Source: a virus
Length of the DNA: 64,000 bases
IMG/VR virus record: IMGVR_UViG_3300023184_000062
Location: 1-64,000 of that record
Strand: one strand, 5' to 3'
A program made the translations under genes and the position numbers. Shown here piece after piece: positions 40,622 to 51,133 of the stretch. Position 1 is the stretch's first letter, and every line of letters begins with the position of its first letter. The notes under the pieces are model-generated. The model was not told where the DNA came from. It saw nothing but the letters and a program-made list of their open reading frames with translations, and made no database searches.

Positions 40622-41263
40622 ATGTCTCGCTTTCAAAAACCTGCTCCCCTCAATCTTAACGCTGATGATGTGTGGGCGGCTGCTTGCATGGCACAACGCC
40701 TAAATCAGGGCTACATTAAGGTTAGTGAAGATGCTCCAATGGGGCAAACAAACCGTAATCTAGTAACGCAATATCTTGCCGACACTTCAAAGATCACCGA
40801 CGAGGATCGTGAACAAGGTAAAGAGGTTCGCAAATTCTATCAAGCATATACATTCAAAATCCTTAAAGGTATCAAGTTGTCTGATTTTGACAACACCGCA
40901 ATGCTACTTGCTAATCGTGAAACTATTGATACAGGGTTTGATATTGCGGTAATTACTAGTTTGCCCTCAGGCTACGTGCGTGGCATGAAACGACAAACAG
41001 TGGACCAGCGTATCGCATTCGCTACAGGCGGATTGATCGGTAGTGTAGGTGACAAAGTGTCTCCTTCTATCGAGGTCGTCAAATCCGTATTCTCGCAAAC
41101 TTGGAATACACATTACATTACTGGTATTACTAGTGATGACCAAGTGTTGTTCTTTGCGTACAAACAACAACTAGAAGTGGGCAAGCAGTTTGATATTTAT
41201 GGAACTGTCAAAGCACACCGTGATAATTCAACTCAACTTAACCGTGTAAAGGTAATCATATGA
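40622..41263 (+). CDS. Hypothetical protein with C-terminal OB-fold-like domain
   Basis: IGSVGDKV...GTVKAH...TQLNRVK. Confidence 0.6.
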   Translation: MSRFQKPAPLNLNADDVWAAACMAQRLNQGYIKVSEDAPMGQTNRNLVTQYLADTSKITDEDREQGKEVRKFYQAYTFKILKGIKLSDFDNTAMLLANRETIDTGFDIAVITSLPSGYVRGMKRQTVDQRIAFATGGLIGSVGDKVSPSIEVVKSVFSQTWNTHYITGITSDDQVLFFAYKQQLEVGKQFDIYGTVKAHRDNSTQLNRVKVII

Positions 41264-41403
41264 AAACAAAATTGGTATTGGGAATGTTGCTATTGACTTT
41301 TATCTCAGGATGTAGTACAGTAGCGGGAGCAGTACGTGGTGTTGGCGAAGATGTCAAACAAGGTACTGATGTTATGTCAACTTGGATTAAACCAGCAAAA
41401 TGA
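41260..41403 (+). CDS. Entericidin EcnA/B-like small lipoprotein (47 aa, not in ORF track)
   Basis: MKTKLVLGMLLLTFISGCSTVAGAVRGVGEDV. Confidence 0.65.
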   Translation: MKTKLVLGMLLLTFISGCSTVAGAVRGVGEDVKQGTDVMSTWIKPAK

Positions 41404-41572
41404 AAAATTTTATATTAGGAACATTGTTCGGGATCGTTATTGCTACTGTAGGGTTTGGCGGCGTTGCCCGTCTACTTGACAATAGTGTGAACAAAACCAA
41501 AGCAATTGTGCAAGAACAGGTCAAATAATGGCTTGGATAGCGGTTATATTTTTGATTGTAACAGGTCATATT

Positions 41573-41638
41573 AGCGCCGCCATTTTCTTAGCAATATTAA
41601 GTTTAAGCGCCGCCATTTTCTTAGCAATATTAAGTTTA
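41573..41638 (+). repeat. Perfect 33-bp tandem duplication within small hydrophobic ORF 41528-41650
   Basis: AGCGCCGCCATTTTCTTAGCAATATTAAGTTTA x2. Confidence 0.92.
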
Positions 41639-41652
41639 CTCTTTAATTAAGT

Positions 41653-42015
41653 ATGGCTAAACTAACATTGTTTCCGGGACTAGATGAAAGGGGTCGCCGC
41701 TTAGGCGAGATTCGTATCCCTACACATACCATGGAAGCATTGGATGATTATTTTCTCAGGGGGTATGAACCCGGAAGATTTATTGTAAGCATACTTACTA
41801 ACAATTTGTATGGTGCTGTGACTAGTGCGGATCTTGCCAATCGTCATGCTATCTATGAGATAGTTAAATGGTTAACTACTGATCCAATAGTCCCCATACA
41901 TAGTTGGGGTACCAAAGATCATGTATCTAATTGGTTGAGTGACACTGGTGGTATCAGGACTAAGTTTGTAGAGAAGATTGAAAAAGAATATATTTGGAAA
42001 ACACTGAAAGATTAA
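41653..42015 (+). CDS. Conserved phage hypothetical protein
   Basis: GYEPG.F...IL.NNL..AV..AD..N. Confidence 0.7.
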   Translation: MAKLTLFPGLDERGRRLGEIRIPTHTMEALDDYFLRGYEPGRFIVSILTNNLYGAVTSADLANRHAIYEIVKWLTTDPIVPIHSWGTKDHVSNWLSDTGGIRTKFVEKIEKEYIWKTLKD

Positions 42016-42016
42016 T

Positions 42017-42367
42017 ATGGCAGGCTGGAATACAATTCAACAAGTTCGTAAACTAGAAGAACGAGCGGATAGTCTTGGCATGCGGTTTACTCCATACAAG
42101 CATGATGATATGTATGGTGAGAATGTAGCATTAGTGCCAAAAGATAAAGACGCATTGCCTATCTACAGCCGTGATGCTATATTATTTGCTGGCTCATTAG
42201 AACATGCCGACAGGTTTATGCAAGGTGTGTTATGGGCACGAGAATACGACCGTATGGCCATTGATCGGAACCTTGACAAAAAGCGTGAACGCAAAGAACA
42301 AGATGAACGCAATAAGCAAATGGTTAAAATCTTAAAAGAAGAAAAACTAAGTTTAGTACAGACATAA
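42017..42367 (+). CDS. Hypothetical protein
   Basis: ORF. Confidence 0.7.
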   Translation: MAGWNTIQQVRKLEERADSLGMRFTPYKHDDMYGENVALVPKDKDALPIYSRDAILFAGSLEHADRFMQGVLWAREYDRMAIDRNLDKKRERKEQDERNKQMVKILKEEKLSLVQT

Positions 42368-42375
42368 ATAGTGTT

Positions 42376-42594
42376 ATGCTAAAAAATGTAATTATCGCAG
42401 GGTTGTCATTCATTACAATACTGTTGTGGATGAAAGTTGATCCAGAATGTGTCATCAACCAAGATGACCCAAATGCAGTAGTTATAGAATATCAATGCTC
42501 TAACCTTGATGATTACGAAATTGTGCCACCGGAAGTCGTAGAAGAATGCAGAGATAGGGCAAATCAATCTACTAATCACAAAAATAATACTTGA
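42376..42594 (+). CDS. Small membrane-anchored protein
   Basis: N-terminal hydrophobic helix; TAAATA at 42365. Confidence 0.6.
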   Translation: MLKNVIIAGLSFITILLWMKVDPECVINQDDPNAVVIEYQCSNLDDYEIVPPEVVEECRDRANQSTNHKNNT

Positions 42595-42644
42595 CACCCT
42601 TCCTAATAAATAGTATAATATTAGTATATATATAGGAGTTATAA

Positions 42645-43979
42645 ATGTCAGCTAGTTGGATAATCAAATTAAACGAGAGCGATAGCCGCCTTTATAAGGA
42701 AGATGTAATTCGTCAGGCATTAGAGGCGAGTGTCCTGGGTAGCACAAACGCAATCAATTTTTTAAAATTCACTAAACTTTGTTATGATCCTTATGTTACA
42801 TTTGGAGTTAGACAGGTTCCTGAATCAGATGGCCTTATACATCGCGGTAATAATTGGCAAGAATTTGAAGATTTGCTATTGAAACTTAGCAGACGAGAAT
42901 TATCAGGCAATGATGCGATTGATGCTGTTAAGAAAATGGCTTGGAATTTTGATAGTGATGAATGGAACGTTTTTGTTGCACCAGTATTACGCAGGGACTT
43001 ACGTGCAGGCATCAGTGATAAAACAATTAATAAAATTTGTAAGGGTACTGAATTTGAAATACCAATCTTTGGTTGTCAACTAGCAACCACTAGTGAAAAT
43101 CGTCCTGAGATGAATGGAGTTAAACGTCTTGAACCTAAACTAGATGGTGTTCGTGTATTGATGGTGGTAAAACCAAATGGCATAGGTACGGCATCAGTAT
43201 CAAGTTTGAGTCGTAACGGCAAAGAATTTGAAAACTTTTCACTGATTGAAAAACAAATTTCTGATAACTTTAAGAACATTGTCAACACCAATAAACGCAC
43301 ATTGAAAGATGGATTCGTTTTAGACGGTGAAGTTATCAGTAGTTCATTTCAGGAACTAATGAAACAGGCACGTAGAAAAAAAGATGTTAATTCTGATGAT
43401 AGTGTGTTTAATATTTTTGATATTATCCCTATTAATGAATTCTATAATAGTATATATGAAGAACCATTAAGTAAGCGATTAAAGATATTAGACAAGATGC
43501 GGCCAGTAGTTGATACAATGCCCAATGTTGATTTCTTAACTAGCATTAAAGTTAACCTTGACACTGCCGCCGGCAAAGACCAATTAGAGCGTTATGCTAA
43601 GGATATGGTTGCAGAGGGGTTTGAAGGTATTATGATTAAAGACCTTGAAGCGTATTACGAATGCAAACGTACTACCTCTTGGATGAAATGGAAGCCTACA
43701 CTTACTGTAGATTTGGAGGTCATTGATGTTCAAGAGGGTACTGGTAAAAATAAAGGACGACTTGGAGCACTTGTTTGCGCCGGCCACGATCAAGGGGTCG
43801 ATATTTCAGTCAATGTTGGCAGTGGGTTTACTGATGCTGCTAGAAATGATTATTGGGATAATTGTGATAGCGTCATTGGTCGTACTGCTGAAGTCCTATG
43901 TGATGCCGTAACACAAAACAAAGACGGAACTTATAGTTTGCGTTTCCCCAGATTTGTTCGTTTCCGTGATGACAAATGA
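42645..43979 (+). CDS. lig: ATP-dependent DNA ligase
   Basis: EPKLDGVR, LDGE, FDI, EGIMIK, WMKWK, SLRFPRFVRFRDDK. Confidence 0.96.
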   Translation: MSASWIIKLNESDSRLYKEDVIRQALEASVLGSTNAINFLKFTKLCYDPYVTFGVRQVPESDGLIHRGNNWQEFEDLLLKLSRRELSGNDAIDAVKKMAWNFDSDEWNVFVAPVLRRDLRAGISDKTINKICKGTEFEIPIFGCQLATTSENRPEMNGVKRLEPKLDGVRVLMVVKPNGIGTASVSSLSRNGKEFENFSLIEKQISDNFKNIVNTNKRTLKDGFVLDGEVISSSFQELMKQARRKKDVNSDDSVFNIFDIIPINEFYNSIYEEPLSKRLKILDKMRPVVDTMPNVDFLTSIKVNLDTAAGKDQLERYAKDMVAEGFEGIMIKDLEAYYECKRTTSWMKWKPTLTVDLEVIDVQEGTGKNKGRLGALVCAGHDQGVDISVNVGSGFTDAARNDYWDNCDSVIGRTAEVLCDAVTQNKDGTYSLRFPRFVRFRDDK

Positions 43980-43985
43980 TAGAAT

Positions 43986-44195
43986 ATGAAAGAAGATATT
44001 CTTAAAGATTTAATAATTGAATCTGGGTTTGCCAGAATAATTAATCATCCTACTTCACCGACCGGTACACATATTTTTATTGATCCTGAAATTCAAAATA
44101 AAGCAGAAAAACTTTCCGAGTTGGTTATAAAAGAATGTATTAGTATAGTAGGTAAAAAATTTGGTGATCAAATAAGTAAACATTTTGGAGTATAA
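43986..44195 (+). CDS. Small ELVIKEC family protein
   Basis: KLSELVIKEC...HFGV. Confidence 0.6.
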   Translation: MKEDILKDLIIESGFARIINHPTSPTGTHIFIDPEIQNKAEKLSELVIKECISIVGKKFGDQISKHFGV

Positions 44196-44197
44196 CA

Positions 44198-44383
44198 ATG
44201 GCATTATTTGCAGTAGGTGATAAAGTAGAAAAAGTTAGTGGGTACAAATGGCCCGGTATCGTTGTATCAGTATTTGATACACTTGACGGTCAACGCAGAG
44301 TTGTTGTAGAATGTACTACTCCAGAAGTAGCAGGTGCTTTGCACATCTACAACGAAGGTCAATTAAGAATTTCTTTGGAGTAA
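44198..44383 (+). CDS. SH3-fold protein resembling type II (R67/DfrB) dihydrofolate reductase
   Basis: FAVGDKVEKVSGYKWPGIVV...VVEC...GALHIY. Confidence 0.55.
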   Translation: MALFAVGDKVEKVSGYKWPGIVVSVFDTLDGQRRVVVECTTPEVAGALHIYNEGQLRISLE

Positions 44384-44386
44384 ATC

Positions 44387-45748
44387 ATGGTATCAGTTGT
44401 TAAAAGTGAATGGCATCAAGTAGAGAAACGTTATGGCATTGAAATTGATGCCTCTTTGTTGAGTGAAATTTATCCTGAATTGGATGAAGATGAAATTGAA
44501 GCAAAACTTGCCGCACTAGAATCAGGTGAGGAAGATGTTGAAGAAGTACTCAATGAAGCATGGAACAATGATGTTGACATTGAATGGGATTATCTCAATG
44601 AAGATGATTGGTGGACTGATCGTAAAGGTGGGTATGAAGTTACCTATAAAGTAGAAGAATGGAAAGTGCATGAAGATTATGTGTCTCCTGTTACTCACAA
44701 GTGTACTAAGTGTAAATGGACTGGAACACAGTATGATGCTGCATGGTCTTGGCAAGATAGTGATGGTAATGAGATAGATGATCCAATCAAGATTTGCCCC
44801 ATGTGTGATAGTGCTACTGAATTAACAGAAGTGGGTGTTGAGGAAGCCGCAAAGGATGCTGCCAACAAAGCAAAGTGGGCTAAGATAGAGGACGAGGCTC
44901 TTGAAGAAACACCCGAAGAAGATGATGAAAACGTAGGCACTCCGCCAAGCGATGAAGAAATGAAGGCACAATTAGAAGTACTTGTAAATGAACAAGTAGC
45001 TAAATGGCCCTTTGAGAATGAACTTAACGAAGAATCTGATAAACATGAAGAAGAAGTTGCAGCAGCCTGGCCGTTTGATAAAACTCCGCCGGTAGTAGAT
45101 ACAGATGTACTTCCAAACTATCCAGCTGGTGAATATACCATTCGTATCTGGGGTCGTACCCGTGAAATCGGTGTAGGTAAGATTAGTAAACAACAATACG
45201 AATACTGGAGTCATGAGGATCACAATGATGACCTTTCTGATGCAATGAATGAGTCATATGATTATGACGAGAACAATACACCAGAAAAAGCACGATTTGA
45301 TAGTGCATATTATGAGTACCAAGATGTACATTCATTCTGGGGCTTTGATGAAGATGATACTCATATGACTATCACTAATGAAAGTGGTGAAGAAATTTAT
45401 GACGGCACCTTAGATGGATTTATTAGTGAAGCACACGGAGACAATGATAGTCGTTGGGACGCTACCGAAGAAGTAGAAGAACTATATCCTCACTATTTAG
45501 GTAAAGGTTACTTTGTAGTATGGACACAAGGTGGTAAGGGTAGTTGTATTCAAACTACAATTGATACTGAAGGTGAAGAGTTTGATCCTCGCAAACTAAA
45601 GTATACTACTTGGGATATTGAAGGTAGTTCATGTGTCAATCGTTTGAAATATGATGATGTTGAACTTGATGACTATGGTATGGATAGTGAACATGATAAC
45701 TGGCGTGGACAGTGGTCACAGTTTGATGTTTATCACAACAAGAAATAA
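44387..45748 (+). CDS. Very acidic multi-domain protein with zinc ribbon
   Basis: CTKC...CPMC; D/E-rich. Confidence 0.7.
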   Translation: MVSVVKSEWHQVEKRYGIEIDASLLSEIYPELDEDEIEAKLAALESGEEDVEEVLNEAWNNDVDIEWDYLNEDDWWTDRKGGYEVTYKVEEWKVHEDYVSPVTHKCTKCKWTGTQYDAAWSWQDSDGNEIDDPIKICPMCDSATELTEVGVEEAAKDAANKAKWAKIEDEALEETPEEDDENVGTPPSDEEMKAQLEVLVNEQVAKWPFENELNEESDKHEEEVAAAWPFDKTPPVVDTDVLPNYPAGEYTIRIWGRTREIGVGKISKQQYEYWSHEDHNDDLSDAMNESYDYDENNTPEKARFDSAYYEYQDVHSFWGFDEDDTHMTITNESGEEIYDGTLDGFISEAHGDNDSRWDATEEVEELYPHYLGKGYFVVWTQGGKGSCIQTTIDTEGEEFDPRKLKYTTWDIEGSSCVNRLKYDDVELDDYGMDSEHDNWRGQWSQFDVYHNKK

Positions 45749-45757
45749 GGATTAATC

Positions 45758-45988
45758 ATGCCATACGTATACAAAGAAGTTGAAGTAGATATTGATTTGA
45801 GTGACTTTGAAACAGATGACCTAATTGAAGAATTAGAAAGTCGTGGGGAATTATCTTCACGCACTGGACCTGGTCCATATGATCATAAAGAATTATTGGA
45901 AATTATTTGGATGCGGCGCAGAAACGGTCAAAACTATGATGCGCCGTTGGATCAATTAATTTATAATGTAACTGGTCATATAGTATGA
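45758..45988 (+). CDS. Hypothetical protein
   Basis: DLSDFETDDLIEELESRG motif. Confidence 0.65.
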   Translation: MPYVYKEVEVDIDLSDFETDDLIEELESRGELSSRTGPGPYDHKELLEIIWMRRRNGQNYDAPLDQLIYNVTGHIV

Positions 45989-46182
45989 CACATCCTTTAG
46001 TAGGGAAATCATATACCTTTGAAGATGGTAATAGGATGGAGATAATCCAAGTAAGAGAAGTAGATGAACTACGCGGTGGTGCTAGTGTTACTTACTTGGC
46101 TTATCAAGGTCCAGGCATTCCACAAAAATTAATACTAAATTTAGAACAATTCATGGATATCTACGGTCAGCTATTTGAATGA
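45985..46182 (+). CDS. Hypothetical protein
   Basis: ORF. Confidence 0.6.
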   Translation: MTHPLVGKSYTFEDGNRMEIIQVREVDELRGGASVTYLAYQGPGIPQKLILNLEQFMDIYGQLFE

Positions 46183-46216
46183 CTATTTAGGTAGTCTACT
46201 GTAGACTAAATACAAA

Positions 46217-47908
46217 ATGCTTAAAAGAATATTCAGTTTTTCCAACCTCACCTTATTAGTAGCATTAACACTTAGCACTATTGCCGCCTGGTATAGTATT
46301 ATTGGTTTAACTACTATCTTTGCCGGAGCAGTAGTTCCAGTTATCATCATGGGTTCAGCACTTGAACTCGCTAAGATTATAACAACAGTATGGCTGCGTA
46401 AGTATTGGCATCGTGCTGGATTACTAATCAAACTCTACTTAGTGCCAGCTGTAATGGCTATTGCATTGATTACAAGTATGGGTATCTTTGGCTTTTTAAG
46501 CAAAGCACACATGGATCAAGGTGTTACATCAGGTGATATACAATCTAAGATAGCAATATATGATGAAAAAATCAAAACCGAAAAAGAGAATATTGAAGCA
46601 AACCGCAAGGCGCTTAAACAAATGGATGAGGGAGTGGACCAAGTACTGGGCCGCTCAACAACAGAAACGGGTGCCGAAAAAGCTGTGGCTATGCGAAAGT
46701 CCCAGCAGAAAGAACGTACTCGCCTTCAAAATGAAATACTACAGTCGCAGAAGTCTATCGCGGGACTTAACGATGAACGTGCGCCTATTGCCGCCGAGGT
46801 ACGAAAAGTGGAGGCAGAGGTTGGACCAATAAAATATATAGCAGCATTACTATATGGTGATAATCCTGACACTAACGTATTAGAACGTGCTGTACGTTGG
46901 GTTATTATTTTACTTGTTATTGTATTTGATCCATTAGCATTGATGTTAGTGTTAGCCGCTAATCAGAGTAAAGATTGGGACGATGAAGAACCTGTTGAAG
47001 AATCTGTTGAAGAAAAAGTAGAAGAAGATATTTCAGAAGATGGGTATAAGACTACATGGCCTACCAGACCTCCTATACCCGGATACGATGACGAATATGT
47101 TAAATATCCCGGTGGCGTTGGGATTACTGAACCTGTAGCAGAAAAAGAATTTGATATTAAAGATCATCCATACTTGTTTACACCTGCAGGTAGTGATACC
47201 CCTCCAGGAATTAAACCAGTTGGCCCGCAAGTATACAAGCCAGAGCCAAGCGACCCAACATTAGACCCTTGCTATAAGTGCGGCACTCCATTAATGATTG
47301 CTCCGGGAATAGGTCCGTTTTGCCCAAACAAAGAGTGTGATGTATCAGACAATACAAACGGGGTAGAACCCATTGAGATAACATATATTCCACCTGCTCC
47401 AATCGTTGATGATGCTCCAAACTTTGAAGCAATTAAAATTGATGGAGAATGGGTACAAACTGGGCCGGCATTTGAAGAAAAACTCAAAGGTGAGTTGCCC
47501 GATACTATAGAATCCAATACTATTCCTTATCAGGAATTGGATGGTGGTTATGTAATGTATGACAATAAACATATGCATAAGGATGTCTTATTGGGTATGC
47601 GCCCAGATATGTTAAAACTAGTAGCCGATTCGGGTAGGGAATCTAAAACTAGTTTTGGAACATCATTCCCTGCTTTGTCTACAAAGGGTGATACATTTGT
47701 ACGTGTTGATGCCTTACCAAATAAGGTTTACAAATTTGACGGAACCAGATGGATTGTTGTTAATAAGGCACAATCAACAAGCTATCTTTATGACCAAGAA
47801 TATATCAAGTATTTGGTCAAGAAGATAGAATCAGGCGAGTACGATATTGAATTATTATCCGATACCGAAAAGCAACAAATTGAAGAATACTTAACCAAAA
47901 AAGATTGA
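46217..47908 (+). CDS. Late membrane protein (three TM helices, coiled coil, TM, cytoplasmic tail)
   Basis: Hydrophobic segments; FDPLA motif; TAAATA at 46207. Confidence 0.75.
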   Translation: MLKRIFSFSNLTLLVALTLSTIAAWYSIIGLTTIFAGAVVPVIIMGSALELAKIITTVWLRKYWHRAGLLIKLYLVPAVMAIALITSMGIFGFLSKAHMDQGVTSGDIQSKIAIYDEKIKTEKENIEANRKALKQMDEGVDQVLGRSTTETGAEKAVAMRKSQQKERTRLQNEILQSQKSIAGLNDERAPIAAEVRKVEAEVGPIKYIAALLYGDNPDTNVLERAVRWVIILLVIVFDPLALMLVLAANQSKDWDDEEPVEESVEEKVEEDISEDGYKTTWPTRPPIPGYDDEYVKYPGGVGITEPVAEKEFDIKDHPYLFTPAGSDTPPGIKPVGPQVYKPEPSDPTLDPCYKCGTPLMIAPGIGPFCPNKECDVSDNTNGVEPIEITYIPPAPIVDDAPNFEAIKIDGEWVQTGPAFEEKLKGELPDTIESNTIPYQELDGGYVMYDNKHMHKDVLLGMRPDMLKLVADSGRESKTSFGTSFPALSTKGDTFVRVDALPNKVYKFDGTRWIVVNKAQSTSYLYDQEYIKYLVKKIESGEYDIELLSDTEKQQIEEYLTKKD

Positions 47909-47963
47909 CTCTTTATCCTAACTAGTGTATAATACTAGTATCATTAACTAACTGGAGTTATCC

Positions 47964-48593
47964 ATGAAACTTAAACTTGCCGCTATTGCGATAGCTATCG
48001 TACTTACTGGTTGCGCCTCAACTAAAAATGAAGGAGACGGGCCTGTAAAAACACAGAAACTTTCTACCTCATTTGCTGGTGAGAAAATTAAAATTGAAAC
48101 TAATTGTACTTGGTACAAGTTTTGGAAAACTGAATGTGAGGTAATTGCTATTGAATCTACTGCGACTGCTACCTCATTCGGCAATACTTCAAACAATCGT
48201 AAAACCGCATTAACTGTTGCTGAAATGCGAGCCAATTCACACGTAGCAGAATTTATATCTAAGGATATCTCTACTACCCGGGTAACAAATACCATTGCTA
48301 AGAATCTTGAAAAAGCAAATGATAAAGTTAAATCTGGAAATACTGATGGTTCTACTGTAGAAATGTCTGATAAGGAAGCTGCGTCTATTAGTTTGCGTGA
48401 AAACAACAACGAAACAATACATACTCTTACTGAAACAATACGTACTAATTCACAAGCAATACTTAAAGGATTTATCAAAATCAATGAAGAAGTAGTTGGC
48501 AATCAGGAAGTACTAGTAACTATTCGTTGGGATAAAGATACTGAACGTGCTGCCGAAACATTGCGTAGAAAATTCAGCCCTAATCAGAACTAA
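47964..48593 (+). CDS. Lipoprotein, LPP20-like
   Basis: Lipobox LTGC; A...AEMRA...VAEFI. Confidence 0.65.
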   Translation: MKLKLAAIAIAIVLTGCASTKNEGDGPVKTQKLSTSFAGEKIKIETNCTWYKFWKTECEVIAIESTATATSFGNTSNNRKTALTVAEMRANSHVAEFISKDISTTRVTNTIAKNLEKANDKVKSGNTDGSTVEMSDKEAASISLRENNNETIHTLTETIRTNSQAILKGFIKINEEVVGNQEVLVTIRWDKDTERAAETLRRKFSPNQN

Positions 48594-48596
48594 AAC

Positions 48597-49565
48597 ATGT
48601 TACGGCTACTTTGTTTAGTAGCATGTTTTTTGTTTGTTAATAATGCAGTAAGCGCCGAGAAATATATTCGTGTTACCGGCGAGGCTACTACTATTGAACA
48701 AGCAAAAGAAAATGCTTTTCGCACTGCTATTCAACAACGAGCAGGTGCTATTGTACTAAGTGAACGTGAGGCTAGAATGTCCTCACTCACTAAAGACAAT
48801 ATATCTGTGTTTAGCGCAGGATATATCAATGATTTTAAAATCGTTGATATCAATCAAAATGGTTCTACTATCATAATCACTATGGATGTATTAGTAGCTG
48901 ATAGTAAATTACTTAACCAGGTACTTACTACAGGGAGAACTGAACAGAGTATAGATGGCAATCGTGCCGGAATTGCAGTAAGTACTTACTTAGATCAAAA
49001 ACAAAAAGGTGATCAAATGCTAGATATGGTATTAAGTACCTATCCACATAATGCCTTTACTATTCAACAAAAGCCCTTTATTATTGCTATGGATAGTTAT
49101 CGTAATACTTTAATACAAATACCGTATACCATTAAATGGAATAAAGATTATATCTATGCATTAAACGAAGCATTAACATTATTGGAGGATAAGATTAGTT
49201 TCTTTCAAGAGGCTCCTGCTAAAATTGTAATAGGTGATAAAGACCCGATTGGTGCTTACGCTGGTAAATGGCAACATAAATTTAATGACTTAGTAACATA
49301 TAACAAAATTGTAAACTCATTGAAGAATGACAGAGAATCACGATTCTTATTAGAAATATATGATAATGGTGGAGAATTGTTATATCATTCTTGCTATACT
49401 ATGCCAATGTTTTATTCTATACAATTTAAACAATTAATGTTTATAACTTCCAAAATTGAAACATCCTACTTACAAGCAACTATTGACAACGAACATAGAT
49501 ATGTAATTGACAGGGCTAGTAGGATAGAAGTGTCATCTGTTCCCGACAGTGAATGTCACTGGTAA
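48597..49565 (+). CDS. Secreted protein with LPP20/FlgT-N-like N-terminal domain
   Basis: Signal peptide; V.GEATTIEQAKENAFR.AIQQ.AG. Confidence 0.6.
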   Translation: MLRLLCLVACFLFVNNAVSAEKYIRVTGEATTIEQAKENAFRTAIQQRAGAIVLSEREARMSSLTKDNISVFSAGYINDFKIVDINQNGSTIIITMDVLVADSKLLNQVLTTGRTEQSIDGNRAGIAVSTYLDQKQKGDQMLDMVLSTYPHNAFTIQQKPFIIAMDSYRNTLIQIPYTIKWNKDYIYALNEALTLLEDKISFFQEAPAKIVIGDKDPIGAYAGKWQHKFNDLVTYNKIVNSLKNDRESRFLLEIYDNGGELLYHSCYTMPMFYSIQFKQLMFITSKIETSYLQATIDNEHRYVIDRASRIEVSSVPDSECHW

Positions 49566-49601
49566 AAATAATAATCAAATTTTAAAAAGATAAATTAATA
49601 T

Positions 49602-50810
49602 ATGACCAACGAAACTAAAATAAACCATTGTTCCTTTTGTGAATTGCACAAAGATAAAGTTAAAAAATTAATAGTAAGTGAGGGTGTTGCTATATGTAGT
49701 GATTGTATTGATCTATGTAATAATCTGATCAAGGATGATAGTTCAATTGTAGAAAGCAATCCCAAAGATGAAGAAGATATAAAATATGATCCATCTAGTA
49801 TCAAAGAATACTTAGATATTCATGTAGTTGGGCAGAATAATGCTAAAACAGTACTAAGTGTGGCTATTGCTAATCACTATAAACGTATCACTTATCCACC
49901 AAAAGATTTAGAGATTGCCAAAGGTAATGTGTTATTAATTGGGCCAACTGGATCAGGTAAAACATTGCTAGCCAAGACTGTAGCAAAATATCTCAAAGTG
50001 CCCTTCGTTGTTGCTGATGCTACTTCACTAACAGAAGCTGGCTATGTGGGTGATGATGTTGAATCCATGATTAGTATGCTATTAAATGCTGCCGGGGGAG
50101 ACCCTAGATTAGCAGAACGTGGTATTGTGTTTGTTGATGAGATTGACAAGATTGCCCGTCGTAGTGAATCAGCAAGTATTACCCGAGACGTATCAGGTGA
50201 GGGCGTTCAGCAAGCATTACTTAAGTTGGTTGAAGGTACAGTATGTCGTATCCCAGCTGGTGGAGGGCGTAAACATCCTGGTGGTGACATGATGGAAATT
50301 GATACGAAAAATATATTATTCATATCAGGCGGAGCCTTTGTTGGGTTGAAAGATTTGATTGGTAATCGTAAGAATGGCTCTACTATTGGATTTGGTGCTG
50401 ATATCAAAGACAAAAAAGTAGAGGGTGATTTGACTGAAGTTACCCCAGATGACTTAACCAAGTATGGAATGATTCCAGAGTTTATTGGACGTTTCACCAC
50501 TACAGTTAGTATCGGGGAATTGAATAAAGAAGAATTGTTACGTGTTTTGACTGAAGTTAAAAACAACTATATCGCCCAATATACATATCTATTGAGTATT
50601 GATGATATTAATTTAACCTTTGCGGATGAGGCCTTAGAACAAATTGTTGAAAATTGCTTGACACTAAAGACCGGAGCACGTGGATTACATACTGAAATTG
50701 AGCGTTGTTTGATGCCACACATGTTCAACACCAAAAAGTACAGAGAAAATAACGTAACTGAGATAAATATAACAAGGGAGCAAGTTTTAGAACCAAAATC
50801 AATTTTATGA
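49602..50810 (+). CDS. clpX: ATP-dependent Clp protease ATP-binding subunit
   Basis: CSFC zinc finger, GPTGSGKT, DEIDK, RDVSGEGVQQALLK, GARGL. Confidence 0.97.
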   Translation: MTNETKINHCSFCELHKDKVKKLIVSEGVAICSDCIDLCNNLIKDDSSIVESNPKDEEDIKYDPSSIKEYLDIHVVGQNNAKTVLSVAIANHYKRITYPPKDLEIAKGNVLLIGPTGSGKTLLAKTVAKYLKVPFVVADATSLTEAGYVGDDVESMISMLLNAAGGDPRLAERGIVFVDEIDKIARRSESASITRDVSGEGVQQALLKLVEGTVCRIPAGGGRKHPGGDMMEIDTKNILFISGGAFVGLKDLIGNRKNGSTIGFGADIKDKKVEGDLTEVTPDDLTKYGMIPEFIGRFTTTVSIGELNKEELLRVLTEVKNNYIAQYTYLLSIDDINLTFADEALEQIVENCLTLKTGARGLHTEIERCLMPHMFNTKKYRENNVTEINITREQVLEPKSIL

Positions 50811-51028
50811 GCATAAAAGGAAGACGAGTTATTGTTACTGACGGAAACGTTGATAAAGCATTACGTAAATTCAAAAAGAAGATAACAGACCAAAATCTGT
50901 TACAGGAATTGCGTGATCGGGAACAATATGTCAAACCCAGTATACAGCGTAAGGTTGATAAAGGGTTAGCCAAACGTAGATGGCAGAAATACTTGCGTGA
51001 CCAGAGTCTTCCCAAAAAACTATTTTAA
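50807..51028 (+). CDS. rpsU: 30S ribosomal protein bS21
   Basis: VDKALRKFKKK...ELRDREQYVKPS..RK. Confidence 0.9.
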   Translation: MSIKGRRVIVTDGNVDKALRKFKKKITDQNLLQELRDREQYVKPSIQRKVDKGLAKRRWQKYLRDQSLPKKLF

Positions 51029-51111
51029 CCTAAATAGTAGAATTTTTTACGTATTTCATATATAATAAATACTTATTGTAGATGCCGATGGTCGGGTCTA
51101 CAATATAGTCA

Positions 51112-51128
51112 TCTTGCTTAATAGGAGA
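51112..51128 (+). promoter_or_regulatory. ROSE-like RNA thermometer hairpin occluding hsp20 SD
   Basis: TCTTGCT-TAAT-AGGAGA; upstream long hairpin 51074-51105. Confidence 0.65.
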
Positions 51129-51133
51129 AAAAT

